Shown here: positions 54,329 through 62,801 of the stretch, in pieces
Numbering within the stretch: position 1 is the stretch's first letter
Layout of the letters: each line of letters starts with the position of its first letter
Assembly (NCBI GenBank): GCA_041287425.1
Contig: JBEULG010000028.1
Span: 36,299-100,298 of the forward strand
DNA: 64,000 nt
Source of the DNA: Anaerolineales bacterium
GTDB taxonomy: Bacteria; Chloroflexota; Anaerolineae; Anaerolineales; Villigracilaceae
Direction: 5' to 3'
Made by a program: the position numbers and the translations under genes
Notes under the pieces: model-generated
What the model was told of the DNA's origin: nothing
Database searches by the model: none
The model's input: the letters and a program-made list of their open reading frames with translations, nothing else

Positions 54329-55606
54329 TTACCACGAGGTCAGATCCGCTTCGCCGCGGCGGGGATACAGGCGCGGGTGTTTGCTGGCATCTTTGAGTTT
54401 GTGGTGGTCGCTCTGTTCGTACTTGACATCCCGGTCGATGATGCGGCGTTCGGCCGAACCGAACAGCACCACGTCCGACTCGATGGTGCGGGCGGGGAAG
54501 ACGATCATACCGGCGCCGATGCGGCAGTTGTGGCCGACGCATCCGCCCAGCACCGGCCGGTTGGCAAATGCCAGTTGGTCGCTGCCATCCAGCGCTCGGA
54601 TGGGCGAGGGAATCAAATTATAATCGGTAAACGTGTTACCGGCGCCGATGAAGGTGTTGCGCCCCACGACGCACATTTGCAGGCAGGTGTTCTGGGCGAC
54701 CATGCCGTTTTCCATGATGGTGGTCATGAACAGAGAAGCCCGGAAAGGCAGGAAGGTGCCATCGCCCACCACCGAGAGCATCAACTGACAGCCCTGCGAG
54801 ATGTTGACGTTGCTGCCGATGATGCAGTTCTCGATGACGGCCCCGGCGTTGATGGTGACGTTGTCGCCGATGGTGGTCGGGCCGTGGATGATGGCAGTGG
54901 GGTCAATGACGCAGTTCTTGCCGACCTTGACGAGTTTGGAACACTCCAGCAATTGCTTGCCCTCGTAGATGGCGGTTGCCAGAACGCCCAGTTTGAACCA
55001 CAGGTCGCGGGCCAGGCGTTCTTCGAAGCGCGCCCCGCGGGCGAACAGGCCGAAGACGCCGTCGGCGATGAAGATGTGCGTCCAGCAGTCGATGGCCATC
55101 ATCGCCCGCAGCGGGACCTGATAGACCAGGTCGCCGCTTTCGGTGGCCATGTAGGTCGGCACGTGATAATAGCCGATTTCGCGCGCCTGCATGTCGATCA
55201 CCAGGGGTTCGACATCGGCTTCCGGCCCATTGGGGTAATACCATAGGTCAGCGTAGTACAGATTGCCGGCCGGGGTATAGGAGACGGACAAGGGCAAGGC
55301 ATGTTCACGGAAGGCGGCGTCGTCCAGCGAAAAGGCAGCCCGGACGGCGCGGTTGCGCTTTTTGGCCTGGGTCAGGAATTCGGTGATGTAGTATTCATCG
55401 AAGAACAGATTGTCGCGGTAGACAATCATCGGCTCGCGCGAAATCGGCAGGTGGGCGCCGGGTGGGAGTTCGATTTCACGGTCCACGTAGGGAGCCAGCA
55501 GGTCGCGCTGATTCAGCCACAGCGGCTTGTTCTGGATGCGCAAGTCGCGCGCCGGTTCGTTGAAAGGCGGAATGTGGCGGGGAGCCTGGAGGATGACCTT
55601 GAGCAT
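54329..55606 (-). CDS. Left-handed beta-helix (hexapeptide-repeat) protein, transferase-like
   Basis: C-terminal half is rich in imperfect hexapeptide repeats (IGDNVTINAGAVIENCIIGSNVNISQGC...VGRNTFIGAGNTF...VGHNCRIGAGMIV). The N-terminal ~220 aa are unassigned. Confidence 0.7.
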   Translation of the reverse strand: MLKVILQAPRHIPPFNEPARDLRIQNKPLWLNQRDLLAPYVDREIELPPGAHLPISREPMIVYRDNLFFDEYYITEFLTQAKKRNRAVRAAFSLDDAAFREHALPLSVSYTPAGNLYYADLWYYPNGPEADVEPLVIDMQAREIGYYHVPTYMATESGDLVYQVPLRAMMAIDCWTHIFIADGVFGLFARGARFEERLARDLWFKLGVLATAIYEGKQLLECSKLVKVGKNCVIDPTAIIHGPTTIGDNVTINAGAVIENCIIGSNVNISQGCQLMLSVVGDGTFLPFRASLFMTTIMENGMVAQNTCLQMCVVGRNTFIGAGNTFTDYNLIPSPIRALDGSDQLAFANRPVLGGCVGHNCRIGAGMIVFPARTIESDVVLFGSAERRIIDRDVKYEQSDHHKLKDASKHPRLYPRRGEADLTSW

Positions 55607-55609
55607 AGA

Positions 55610-56239
55610 TTATCCGATTGGGGTCCGATTAATTATTATTGTACACGCGCTGTCCCCAGACGCAATACATTTCGTCTCTTCCACCTGGAAGTATTTTCCC
55701 CCGCTGAGCCAGTACAAAGACTCTTGCAGCAAGCCGACCGCCAGGTGACAAGCCGGGCCATCGGTCTGGCGCTGCCAGCAGAGCGGACAGCGTTCGATGT
55801 GCCAGTAGAGGTTGTGTTCGTCTGATTCCAGGCGCACCCGTTGGTCGGTGAAATCGTTGAACAGGGCTGCCAGCGCCTCGCTGCCGGTCTTGATTTTGGT
55901 CGCCAGCGGCAAGAGGCGGAACGCCAGGTCGGTCAGTCCCAGTTCGGGGCCGAATTCTCGCAGGCCATATTTCAGACAGGCGCGTCCGGCGCGCAGCGCC
56001 AGTCCGCGCCCGCCGCGCGGGCCGTAGGCGGCCTCCAGGCTGGCTTGCAGCCGGCTGACCTGCTCGAAGGGAAATTTGCGGTCGTGGTTGTGGGGAGGAT
56101 AATGCCCAATATATTCCGAAAGAGAGGCCAGGTGGAGGACGGCGTTGATGCCATTCCGCCCCAGAATCTCTTCCATGGCGAGGAGAATGATGCGCCCCAT
56201 CGAGTTGGGGTAGAAGTAGGCCTCTGCAGGTGTTTTCAT
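55610..56239 (-). CDS. V4R-domain (4-vinyl-reductase-type small-molecule-binding) protein
   Basis: C-terminal ERCPLCWQRQTDGPACHLAVGLLQESLYWLSGGKYFQVEETKCIASGDSACTIII fits the V4R Cys pattern. ATGA overlap with the upstream hydrolase gene. Confidence 0.75.
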   Translation of the reverse strand: MKTPAEAYFYPNSMGRIILLAMEEILGRNGINAVLHLASLSEYIGHYPPHNHDRKFPFEQVSRLQASLEAAYGPRGGRGLALRAGRACLKYGLREFGPELGLTDLAFRLLPLATKIKTGSEALAALFNDFTDQRVRLESDEHNLYWHIERCPLCWQRQTDGPACHLAVGLLQESLYWLSGGKYFQVEETKCIASGDSACTIIINRTPIG

Positions 56240-57033
56240 CCGGCAGGTGTCTCTTCGTCCAGGAATTGTTTCAGTTTGTGCATGAAAGGCTCGGGGTCAT
56301 CGAGCATGATGAAGTGGCCGGCCTGTTCGAAGCGCTCGATGCGGGCGTGAGGGACGCCCTCCAACAAGGGTCGCCATTGCATGGGATGGACGATGATGTC
56401 CTTGTCCCCATACATTCCCATCACCGGGATGCGAATCTGGTCGAGCAGGGGGCGCAAGTCGGTGCGCCGCAGCGAAGCGATGCTGAGCAGGAAAGACTCG
56501 AGGGTGGTGCGTGACAGGTCTTTGTCCATCATGTCGGGGAAGCGGGGGTCTTTGCAGATAAAAGGAGAAGCCACCCTCATCCCCAGCCGGAAGGCCCACA
56601 TCATGTTGAACAGCATGACCGCGATCGGCCGCCGCCCGGCCATCTTCAACGCCCAGGCCAGCGAGGACCCGACGATGGGCGAGCCGACGACAACGACTTT
56701 CCTGGCCCGCTGGGGATATTGAATGGCCACCGACAGGCTGACCGTCCCGCCCATGCTGTGACCGACCAGCGGCGCCGAGTCGATGCCCAGGTGGTTCATG
56801 AATTGGTCCACCAGGCTGACAAAATCCTGAACGGCATAGGTCTCACGTTTTTTGCCCGATTCGCCAAATCCCCAAAAATCGAGCGCGTAGGTGCGGTAGA
56901 AACGCCCCAAATACGTCATCGTCTCCTGCCACAGGCCCCACGAACCGAGCCAGCCATGCAACAGGATGACCGGACGTCCGCGTCCATAGACTTCGTAATG
57001 TACAATACCCTGGTCGGTGGTTATCGAGGACAC
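56236..57033 (-). CDS. Alpha/beta hydrolase with an intact Ser-Asp-His triad
   Basis: HGWLGSW, nucleophile elbow VGHSMGG, YGDKD, and AGHFIM. Confidence 0.88.
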   Translation of the reverse strand: MSSITTDQGIVHYEVYGRGRPVILLHGWLGSWGLWQETMTYLGRFYRTYALDFWGFGESGKKRETYAVQDFVSLVDQFMNHLGIDSAPLVGHSMGGTVSLSVAIQYPQRARKVVVVGSPIVGSSLAWALKMAGRRPIAVMLFNMMWAFRLGMRVASPFICKDPRFPDMMDKDLSRTTLESFLLSIASLRRTDLRPLLDQIRIPVMGMYGDKDIIVHPMQWRPLLEGVPHARIERFEQAGHFIMLDDPEPFMHKLKQFLDEETPAG

Positions 57034-57057
57034 GGTGTTTACAACGAGATGGAGAGA

Positions 57058-57600
57058 TTATTTCTCCCCACCCTCCATCTCAGCCAGGATGCTGTAGAGC
57101 AATTCGAGCAGCACCGTCTTGACTGAGTCGCGGTCGGTGGCCACACAGGGCAAGAATTTGACTTTCGAATCGAGCCGCAGGGCGAGGCGCATATCCTCCA
57201 ATTCCCAGGCGTCTTTCTTGTCCTGTTTGTTGGCGGCCACCACGTAAGGGGTCGGGGCGTAGGCGCGGAAGGTCTCCAGAATCGAGCGCGCCTCGCGAAA
57301 AGTCTCTGGACGGGTGCTGTCCACCAGGACGATGAAGCCCAACATCCCCTCCGAGAGAATCTCCCACATAAAGTCGAAGCGCTTTTGGCCGGGGGTGCCA
57401 AACAAATACAAGACTAGGTCCTCGTCCACCGTGATGCGGCCGAAGTCCATCGCCACGGTGGTGGCCTCTTTGACCGTCCGCTCCAGGGCGCTGGAGATTT
57501 TTCGCTCGGTCGAAACCACATCAATCTCGCTGACCGAACGGATGAATTCCGTCTTGCCGGCGTTGAAAGGACCTGTAACGACCATTTTGACCGTTTGCAT
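57058..57600 (-). CDS. Small Ras-like GTPase (COG2229/CvnD/MglA-related ATP/GTP-binding protein)
   Basis: ORF 57058..57618 (TTG). Likely start MQTVKMVVTGPFNAGKT (ATG 57600, GAGG upstream). G1 GPFNAGKT, G3 GTPGQKRF, G4 ANKQD. Confidence 0.85.
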   Translation of the reverse strand: MQTVKMVVTGPFNAGKTEFIRSVSEIDVVSTERKISSALERTVKEATTVAMDFGRITVDEDLVLYLFGTPGQKRFDFMWEILSEGMLGFIVLVDSTRPETFREARSILETFRAYAPTPYVVAANKQDKKDAWELEDMRLALRLDSKVKFLPCVATDRDSVKTVLLELLYSILAEMEGGEK

Positions 57601-57621
57601 GATGACTATCCTCGACAAAAT

Positions 57622-58437
57622 TTAGAGCGACCGAATGCGGTTGATCAGGCGGTTGACCAGAGATTTCTGCTCATCCTTGTTCTCGGTCGGGAACATGCGC
57701 GCCGGTGGAGGCGGGGGCGCTCCCTCCGGACGACAAATCTCTACCAAGCCGGCCTGCAGCAACCCGTAAACAATCCGGCGGATTTCCAGGTCGTTCATCT
57801 TGGTTGCGTTGGCAATCTGGCGGATGGTGTTCTTGGGGTTGATGTAGGAAACCACCCGCCACTCTTCCACGCTCAAATTGACCTTGCGCAGATTCGCATC
57901 CGGCCGGTCGGTGAACTTGAGCGCCATATCCAGGCTGGGGATTTCATCCTGCAACTGCTCCCACTCGCGCAATTGCCGCGAACCCTCGATGATCAAATTC
58001 TCGAGGTCCAGACGGACGTTGATGCGGTCTTCAGGCGGCAGTTGATCGTTTTCGAAGCGGAAAAATCCCTCCACCCAGGTAAACAATCGCTGGACGATAT
58101 CGGTGAAATGCTGTTGCAAATTCGTGAGGATGTCTTCCTGGGTGACGTAGCCGGCATTGATGAGCAGGAGGCCGAGTTCCTTGTCGGAAATGGAACCGGC
58201 CCGCTGCTGGATGGCTCGATATTGACCGGCAGACAACTTGTTGGCTTTGTACAGAATGGACGCTAGCCCTCCATCTTCGCGGCCAATCTGCGCGTAGGCT
58301 AGTTTCCCGTCACGGAACGACACCTGGGCAGTCTCGCTGGGACCTTCGACAATCAGCGTCCCCGTTTTGCGGGCCAGGTTGATAAGATTGAGGAGTTGCG
58401 TTATCGTAAAATCACGCAGATTACCACGCAGCGCCAT
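57622..58437 (-). CDS. DUF4388/PATAN-domain protein with a C-terminal wHTH-like region
   Basis: ORF 57622..58470. Likely start MALRGNLRDFTITQLLNLINL (typical DUF4388 N-terminus). The start could also be 58470. Confidence 0.75.
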   Translation of the reverse strand: MALRGNLRDFTITQLLNLINLARKTGTLIVEGPSETAQVSFRDGKLAYAQIGREDGGLASILYKANKLSAGQYRAIQQRAGSISDKELGLLLINAGYVTQEDILTNLQQHFTDIVQRLFTWVEGFFRFENDQLPPEDRINVRLDLENLIIEGSRQLREWEQLQDEIPSLDMALKFTDRPDANLRKVNLSVEEWRVVSYINPKNTIRQIANATKMNDLEIRRIVYGLLQAGLVEICRPEGAPPPPPARMFPTENKDEQKSLVNRLINRIRSL

Positions 58438-58481
58438 GGCAGCCTCAGAGCATGTCCCTGGAAGGGACACAAGGTAAAATG

Positions 58482-58510
58482 ATTATACTTGTAAGGGTGT
58501 CTTGCGTCAA
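58482..58510 (-). promoter_or_regulatory. Near-consensus promoter TTGACG-17-TATAAT heading the ten-gene operon
   Basis: Read directly on the minus strand in an AT-rich spacer. Confidence 0.65.
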
Positions 58511-58555
58511 ACCTTCGAAGCCTAGTAATTCTGTAAGGCTGGAGAGCGTGACATG

Positions 58556-58588
58556 ATGAACCCGTTCTCTTGTAGGGAACGGGTTCAT
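58556..58588 (-). terminator. Perfect 12-bp-stem hairpin after the PBP gene, no clear U-tract
   Basis: ATGAACCCGTTC-9 nt-GAACGGGTTCAT, 18 nt downstream of the PBP stop. Confidence 0.45.
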
Positions 58589-58605
58589 CCTAAAAGCAGG
58601 GCGGC

Positions 58606-61395
58606 CTACGGGTTGACCGTAAATTCGAGTTCGGCCTCGGCGGTATTGCCGACCCGGTCGGCGGCGACGGCGCGCAGGGTATGCTCGCCGCGCCGCGCCG
58701 TCCACGAGAAGGTAAACGGTTCGCTCGTCAGACTCGTCAGACGGCGGCCATCGAGGTAGAAGGTCACCTGCGCCAGGTAGGGGTCGCTGGCCTGAACCTG
58801 GAAGAGGACTTGCGGCTCGGTTTGCGAATCGACCTCCTGACCAGGCCGGGGATAAAGGATGGCCACTTGCGGCGGGGTGTTATCCACCACCACCTGAGTC
58901 ACTGCCTGGCGGACGCGCTGGCCCTCATAGACGACCAATAGACGCAGCGCATAGAGGCCGTTCAGGCCGCCTGTCTCCCAAACTGCCAGGCGGCCCTCGA
59001 TGACCGGTTCGGTCCTATCGCTGCCAATCTGAATCCAGGTTGAGGGGTTCAGTCCCTGACCATACTCCAGGCGATAGGAAACGAATCCCTCGCCGGTGGC
59101 TGCGCCGGTAATGAGCACTTCGCCGTGCACGTCGGCGAACAATTCGGGCGAGGTGAGGTGCGCTTCGGCCAGCGGCGGCTGGGGCTGAATGGAATCGTAA
59201 GCGGTCGGGGGGACCGGCAGCCCCTGGCCCTCGGCCCAGGGGCGCGCCTCGGCCGGCACCATCAGGTAGACGCGGCGTTCGATGAGTTCGGGGGGCGTGA
59301 AAATGGTCGCCAGCAGACCGGTCTCGCGGTTGATTTCGTAGGCGCGGTAGAGCGTATCGGCCTGGACTGGTTCGCTGCCCGCCAGGAAGACCTCGGTGAC
59401 CACATTCGGGCAGGCGTCGGTGGGCAGCAGGCCCGAGGGGTCGCAGACCGAACGTGTGACGATGCCGGCCGGCGTTTCCCAGGTCGCGGCAGAGGAGGCG
59501 GCCGCCTGGCGCAGCAAAGCGTTCCATAAACCGCCCGAGGCCGCCTGCATGCCGCTTCCCTTGCCGCCGTCCACCCAGACGACCACCACACGATCCGGCG
59601 TGTATCCTACCGTCCAGGCAGAGGTGCCGGAGGCAAAATTGCCCTGTTTGACTCCGGCCGGGAAACCGACCTCCAGCGGATTGCCGCGCCCCAGCGAGGG
59701 CCAGCGGGCGATTTCATCGCTGAGCACGTGGGTCATCAGGTAGGTGAGTTCGGGCGAGACCACCGATTGGGTGCGCGCTGTACTCCAATCTCCCCAGATG
59801 GCGCCATCCACGCCGGTGACGGTCAGGACGGCGGAGGGACGAATGGTCTGGTCGGAGAAGACCTGACCGGCGCGCTGGCCTTCGGCGGCGAAGATGGCAT
59901 ACGCGCCGGCCAGGTCGAGCGGAGAGACGGAAACATTTCCGCTCAGCAGGTCGGCATCGGGCGGCAGGACCAGGCCAAACGGCTCGCTCAGGCGGCGCAC
60001 GCTCTCGCTCCCAAATTGATCGAGCAAACGGGCCGCCGGCGGCAGGTAATCGTTCACCAGCGCCAGGCGTAAGCGCACCGGCCCGCGATATTGGCCATCG
60101 AAATTGGCGACTGCGCCGGGGATGTCCCAGCCCAGGCTGGCCGGGCTGAAGCCGCGCGTGAAGGCGGTCAGGTAGATGAATGGCGTCAACACCGTCCCAG
60201 CCGGATGGGAAAGGAGCGCCGCCGACTCGCCGCCCGAATAGGTATCGCCGACGGCGGACAGCACCTGGCCGCGGCGCGGGTCGAGAATCAGGGCGCTGGC
60301 CGAGGCATCGGGCAAGGGCGGCAGGGCAGGCAGAGGCGGCAGCAGGCGCGCCGCCACACAGCCGCTTTCCGGCGCCTCCCCCTCGCCGGTCAGCCGAGCC
60401 ACTTGAGCCTGAACGGCGCAGGCGGCCTGGACCTGCAAATCGTAGTCCAGGCTGGTGATGACGATGAGGCCGCCGCGTTCCACTCGCCCGCCGCCGAAGA
60501 CGCTCTCCAACTGGGCCAGGCTGAGAGAGACAAAGGCCGGGGCAAAGGGCGGCTCGGACTCGGGGTAAGACATCAAAACCGGCAGGTGGCCCAGTTCGCG
60601 GTTCAACTCGTCGGGGGTGAGCAAGCCGAGGGCCAGCATGGCGCGCAGGGTTTCCTGGCGGCGCTGTTCGGCGGCCTGGGGCGCATCCACCGGGTTGAGG
60701 GCGGGGGCCGCGGCGACGGCGGCCAGCATGGCGCACTCGCTGTAGCCCAGGGCGGTGACCGATTTGCCGAAGTACAACTGGGCGGCGGCCTCGGCACCGT
60801 AGGCATGGTTGCCGTAGTCGGCGCTGTTCAGGTACCATTCCAGCACCTGCGCCCGCCCGTAGCGGGCCACCAGTTGACCGGCCAACAGCCGCTCCCGAAG
60901 CGCCCGGCGGATGGAGGGCGGCTCGTTCCACAAGAGCAAGTCCGAGACCAGTTGCTGGGCGATGGTCGGGTGGGTGGTGGGGTCGCGCCAGCCGGCCAGC
61001 CGGTAGCCGGGGCTGCGCCAGAACGCCGGCTCGGCGACGGCAATGGTCGCTTCCAGGCAGGCCTGCGGGAAGCGGTTGTAAGGCAGGAAGGTGCGCGGGG
61101 CGTCGGCCGGGGCCAGGACGCGCAGCAGGTGCGTCCCGCTGCGGTCGTACAGACGGGTCGGCTGGCGCAGCAAGCCGGTCTGGGGGTCGAGCAGGATGGG
61201 GAGCGTTTCGAGAGACGGCAGGTCGCGGGTCAGGTCGGCGTAGGCCAGGCCGGTCGTCAGGAGGAGGACGACTAAGAGGGTGGTGGCAACAAAGCCCAGG
61301 CCGAAGAAAGTCTGGCGGGCGCGTCCATCGACACTGCGGCGGCGGTGCTCGCGGCGTTTGCGGCGCTGGCGGACGATGGTGAGCGTGGAGGACAT
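58606..61395 (-). CDS. Class-A penicillin-binding-protein homolog (GT51 + transpeptidase fold + C-terminal Ig-like domains) with degenerate transpeptidase motifs
   Basis: N-terminal transmembrane segment. GT51 blocks (HPTIAQQLV, RRALRE, VLEWYLNSADYGNHAYGAEAAAQLYFGK, APALNP). The transpeptidase fold is colinear with PBP1A, but SxxK reads TVLT, SxN reads VND/NDY and KTG reads KQG. Confidence 0.82.
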   Translation of the reverse strand: MSSTLTIVRQRRKRREHRRRSVDGRARQTFFGLGFVATTLLVVLLLTTGLAYADLTRDLPSLETLPILLDPQTGLLRQPTRLYDRSGTHLLRVLAPADAPRTFLPYNRFPQACLEATIAVAEPAFWRSPGYRLAGWRDPTTHPTIAQQLVSDLLLWNEPPSIRRALRERLLAGQLVARYGRAQVLEWYLNSADYGNHAYGAEAAAQLYFGKSVTALGYSECAMLAAVAAAPALNPVDAPQAAEQRRQETLRAMLALGLLTPDELNRELGHLPVLMSYPESEPPFAPAFVSLSLAQLESVFGGGRVERGGLIVITSLDYDLQVQAACAVQAQVARLTGEGEAPESGCVAARLLPPLPALPPLPDASASALILDPRRGQVLSAVGDTYSGGESAALLSHPAGTVLTPFIYLTAFTRGFSPASLGWDIPGAVANFDGQYRGPVRLRLALVNDYLPPAARLLDQFGSESVRRLSEPFGLVLPPDADLLSGNVSVSPLDLAGAYAIFAAEGQRAGQVFSDQTIRPSAVLTVTGVDGAIWGDWSTARTQSVVSPELTYLMTHVLSDEIARWPSLGRGNPLEVGFPAGVKQGNFASGTSAWTVGYTPDRVVVVWVDGGKGSGMQAASGGLWNALLRQAAASSAATWETPAGIVTRSVCDPSGLLPTDACPNVVTEVFLAGSEPVQADTLYRAYEINRETGLLATIFTPPELIERRVYLMVPAEARPWAEGQGLPVPPTAYDSIQPQPPLAEAHLTSPELFADVHGEVLITGAATGEGFVSYRLEYGQGLNPSTWIQIGSDRTEPVIEGRLAVWETGGLNGLYALRLLVVYEGQRVRQAVTQVVVDNTPPQVAILYPRPGQEVDSQTEPQVLFQVQASDPYLAQVTFYLDGRRLTSLTSEPFTFSWTARRGEHTLRAVAADRVGNTAEAELEFTVNP

Positions 61396-61396
61396 G

Positions 61397-62281
61397 TCAC
61401 TGGCGGCGCACGATGGCGTCGGTCATCCTGACCAGGCGCGCCATGGCCGGCACATCATGGACGCGCACGATGTCGGCGCCGCGCGTGATGCCGACGGCGA
61501 CGGCCGCAGCCGTCCCCTCCAGGCGCTGGTCGGGCGGCAGGTCGAGGGTGTAGCCGATGAAGGATTTGCGCGACGGTCCCAGCAGGACGGGGAAACCCAG
61601 GGCGCGAATCTCGCCCAGGCGGTCAATTAATTCGAGATTTTGGGCGACCGTCTTGCCGAAGCCGATGCCGGGGTCGAGGATGATGTGCGTCTCGGGAATG
61701 CCCGCCTGGCGGGCCAGTTCGACCGATTCCATCAGGTCGCGCCTGACATCCGTCAGCAGGTCGGTGTACTCGGCGCCCCGGTAGGCCGCGCCGAGGCGCT
61801 CGCGGACCTCGACGTTGGCCGGCTGGCTGCGGTTGTGCATCAGGATGACGGCCGCGCCGCGCCGGGCAACGACCGCCGCCAGGTCGGGGTCGGCGCGCAG
61901 GCCCCAGACGTCGTTGACGAGGCAGGCCCCGGCCTGCAGGGCGGCCTCGGCCACGGCGGCCTTATAGGTATCAATCGAAATCAGGGCAGCAGGGAAGGCG
62001 GCGGCGAGGGCGCGGATGACAGGGACGACGCGGTCCATCTCCTCCGCGGCCGGCACCGGCTGGGAGCCGGGGCGGGTGGACTCGCCGCCGACATCGAGGA
62101 AATCGGCCCCGGCGGCCAGGAAGGCGTCCGCCTGGGCTACCGCCCGTTCGACCGCATCGCCAGCCGAGGCGGAAAGCAAGCCATCCCCCGAAAAACTGTC
62201 GGGAGTGACGTTGAGGATGCCCATCAGGTAGGTGCGTTGGCCCCAGGTCAGGGCGCGGCCGCGCAGTGTCAGGGTGGACAT
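61397..62281 (-). CDS. folP: Dihydropteroate synthase
   Basis: ORF 61397..62431. Likely start MSTLTLRGRALTWGQRTYLMGILNVTPDSFSGDG. DVGGESTRPG motif. Confidence 0.9.
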   Translation of the reverse strand: MSTLTLRGRALTWGQRTYLMGILNVTPDSFSGDGLLSASAGDAVERAVAQADAFLAAGADFLDVGGESTRPGSQPVPAAEEMDRVVPVIRALAAAFPAALISIDTYKAAVAEAALQAGACLVNDVWGLRADPDLAAVVARRGAAVILMHNRSQPANVEVRERLGAAYRGAEYTDLLTDVRRDLMESVELARQAGIPETHIILDPGIGFGKTVAQNLELIDRLGEIRALGFPVLLGPSRKSFIGYTLDLPPDQRLEGTAAAVAVGITRGADIVRVHDVPAMARLVRMTDAIVRRQ

Positions 62282-62306
62282 ACAGGCAGGGGGCCGGCCG
62301 GCGAAT

Positions 62307-62729
62307 CTACGGCAACTGGTCGAGCGGACGCGAGAGCCAGGCCTCGGCGGCGTCCATGTCGGTGAAGATTTTGATGGCCGCCGAACTCTGCGGCGAGGCG
62401 GCGTAGTAGATTTCGCGGACGGCGTTGGCAATCTGTTCGTTCGCCACCACCACCGCCAGGCGGATGAAACGCGCCGCCGGGTCGCTGTTGACCTCGATGG
62501 CGATGCGAATGGCCTTTTCGGGGATGTCGCCCACCTGGCGCAGGTCGTACAGGTTGCGGGTCAGCCGGTCGGCGCCGAGCAGATGCTCGAGGGCGAAATC
62601 GTGCCAGTGTTGAATGGTGGCATCCGACAGGTCGGTAAAAGTGAGAGTCATGCCTCCATCCGGGCGGCGGACGACGTTGTAGCCGATGCCCGGGGCGGGC
62701 CGAAAGTAAAGGGGTTTCAATTCAGTCAT
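62307..62729 (-). CDS. Hypothetical protein (140 aa)
   Basis: ORF 62307..62753. Likely start MTELKPLYF (GGAGG 5 nt upstream). No family recognised. Confidence 0.6.
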   Translation of the reverse strand: MTELKPLYFRPAPGIGYNVVRRPDGGMTLTFTDLSDATIQHWHDFALEHLLGADRLTRNLYDLRQVGDIPEKAIRIAIEVNSDPAARFIRLAVVVANEQIANAVREIYYAASPQSSAAIKIFTDMDAAEAWLSRPLDQLP

Positions 62730-62801
62730 CGGACCTCCTGGCGTTTCACTCATTATAACCCGAACAGCACCGCTCCCGTTGCCGGGACAGAGCGGCGGGG
62801 G

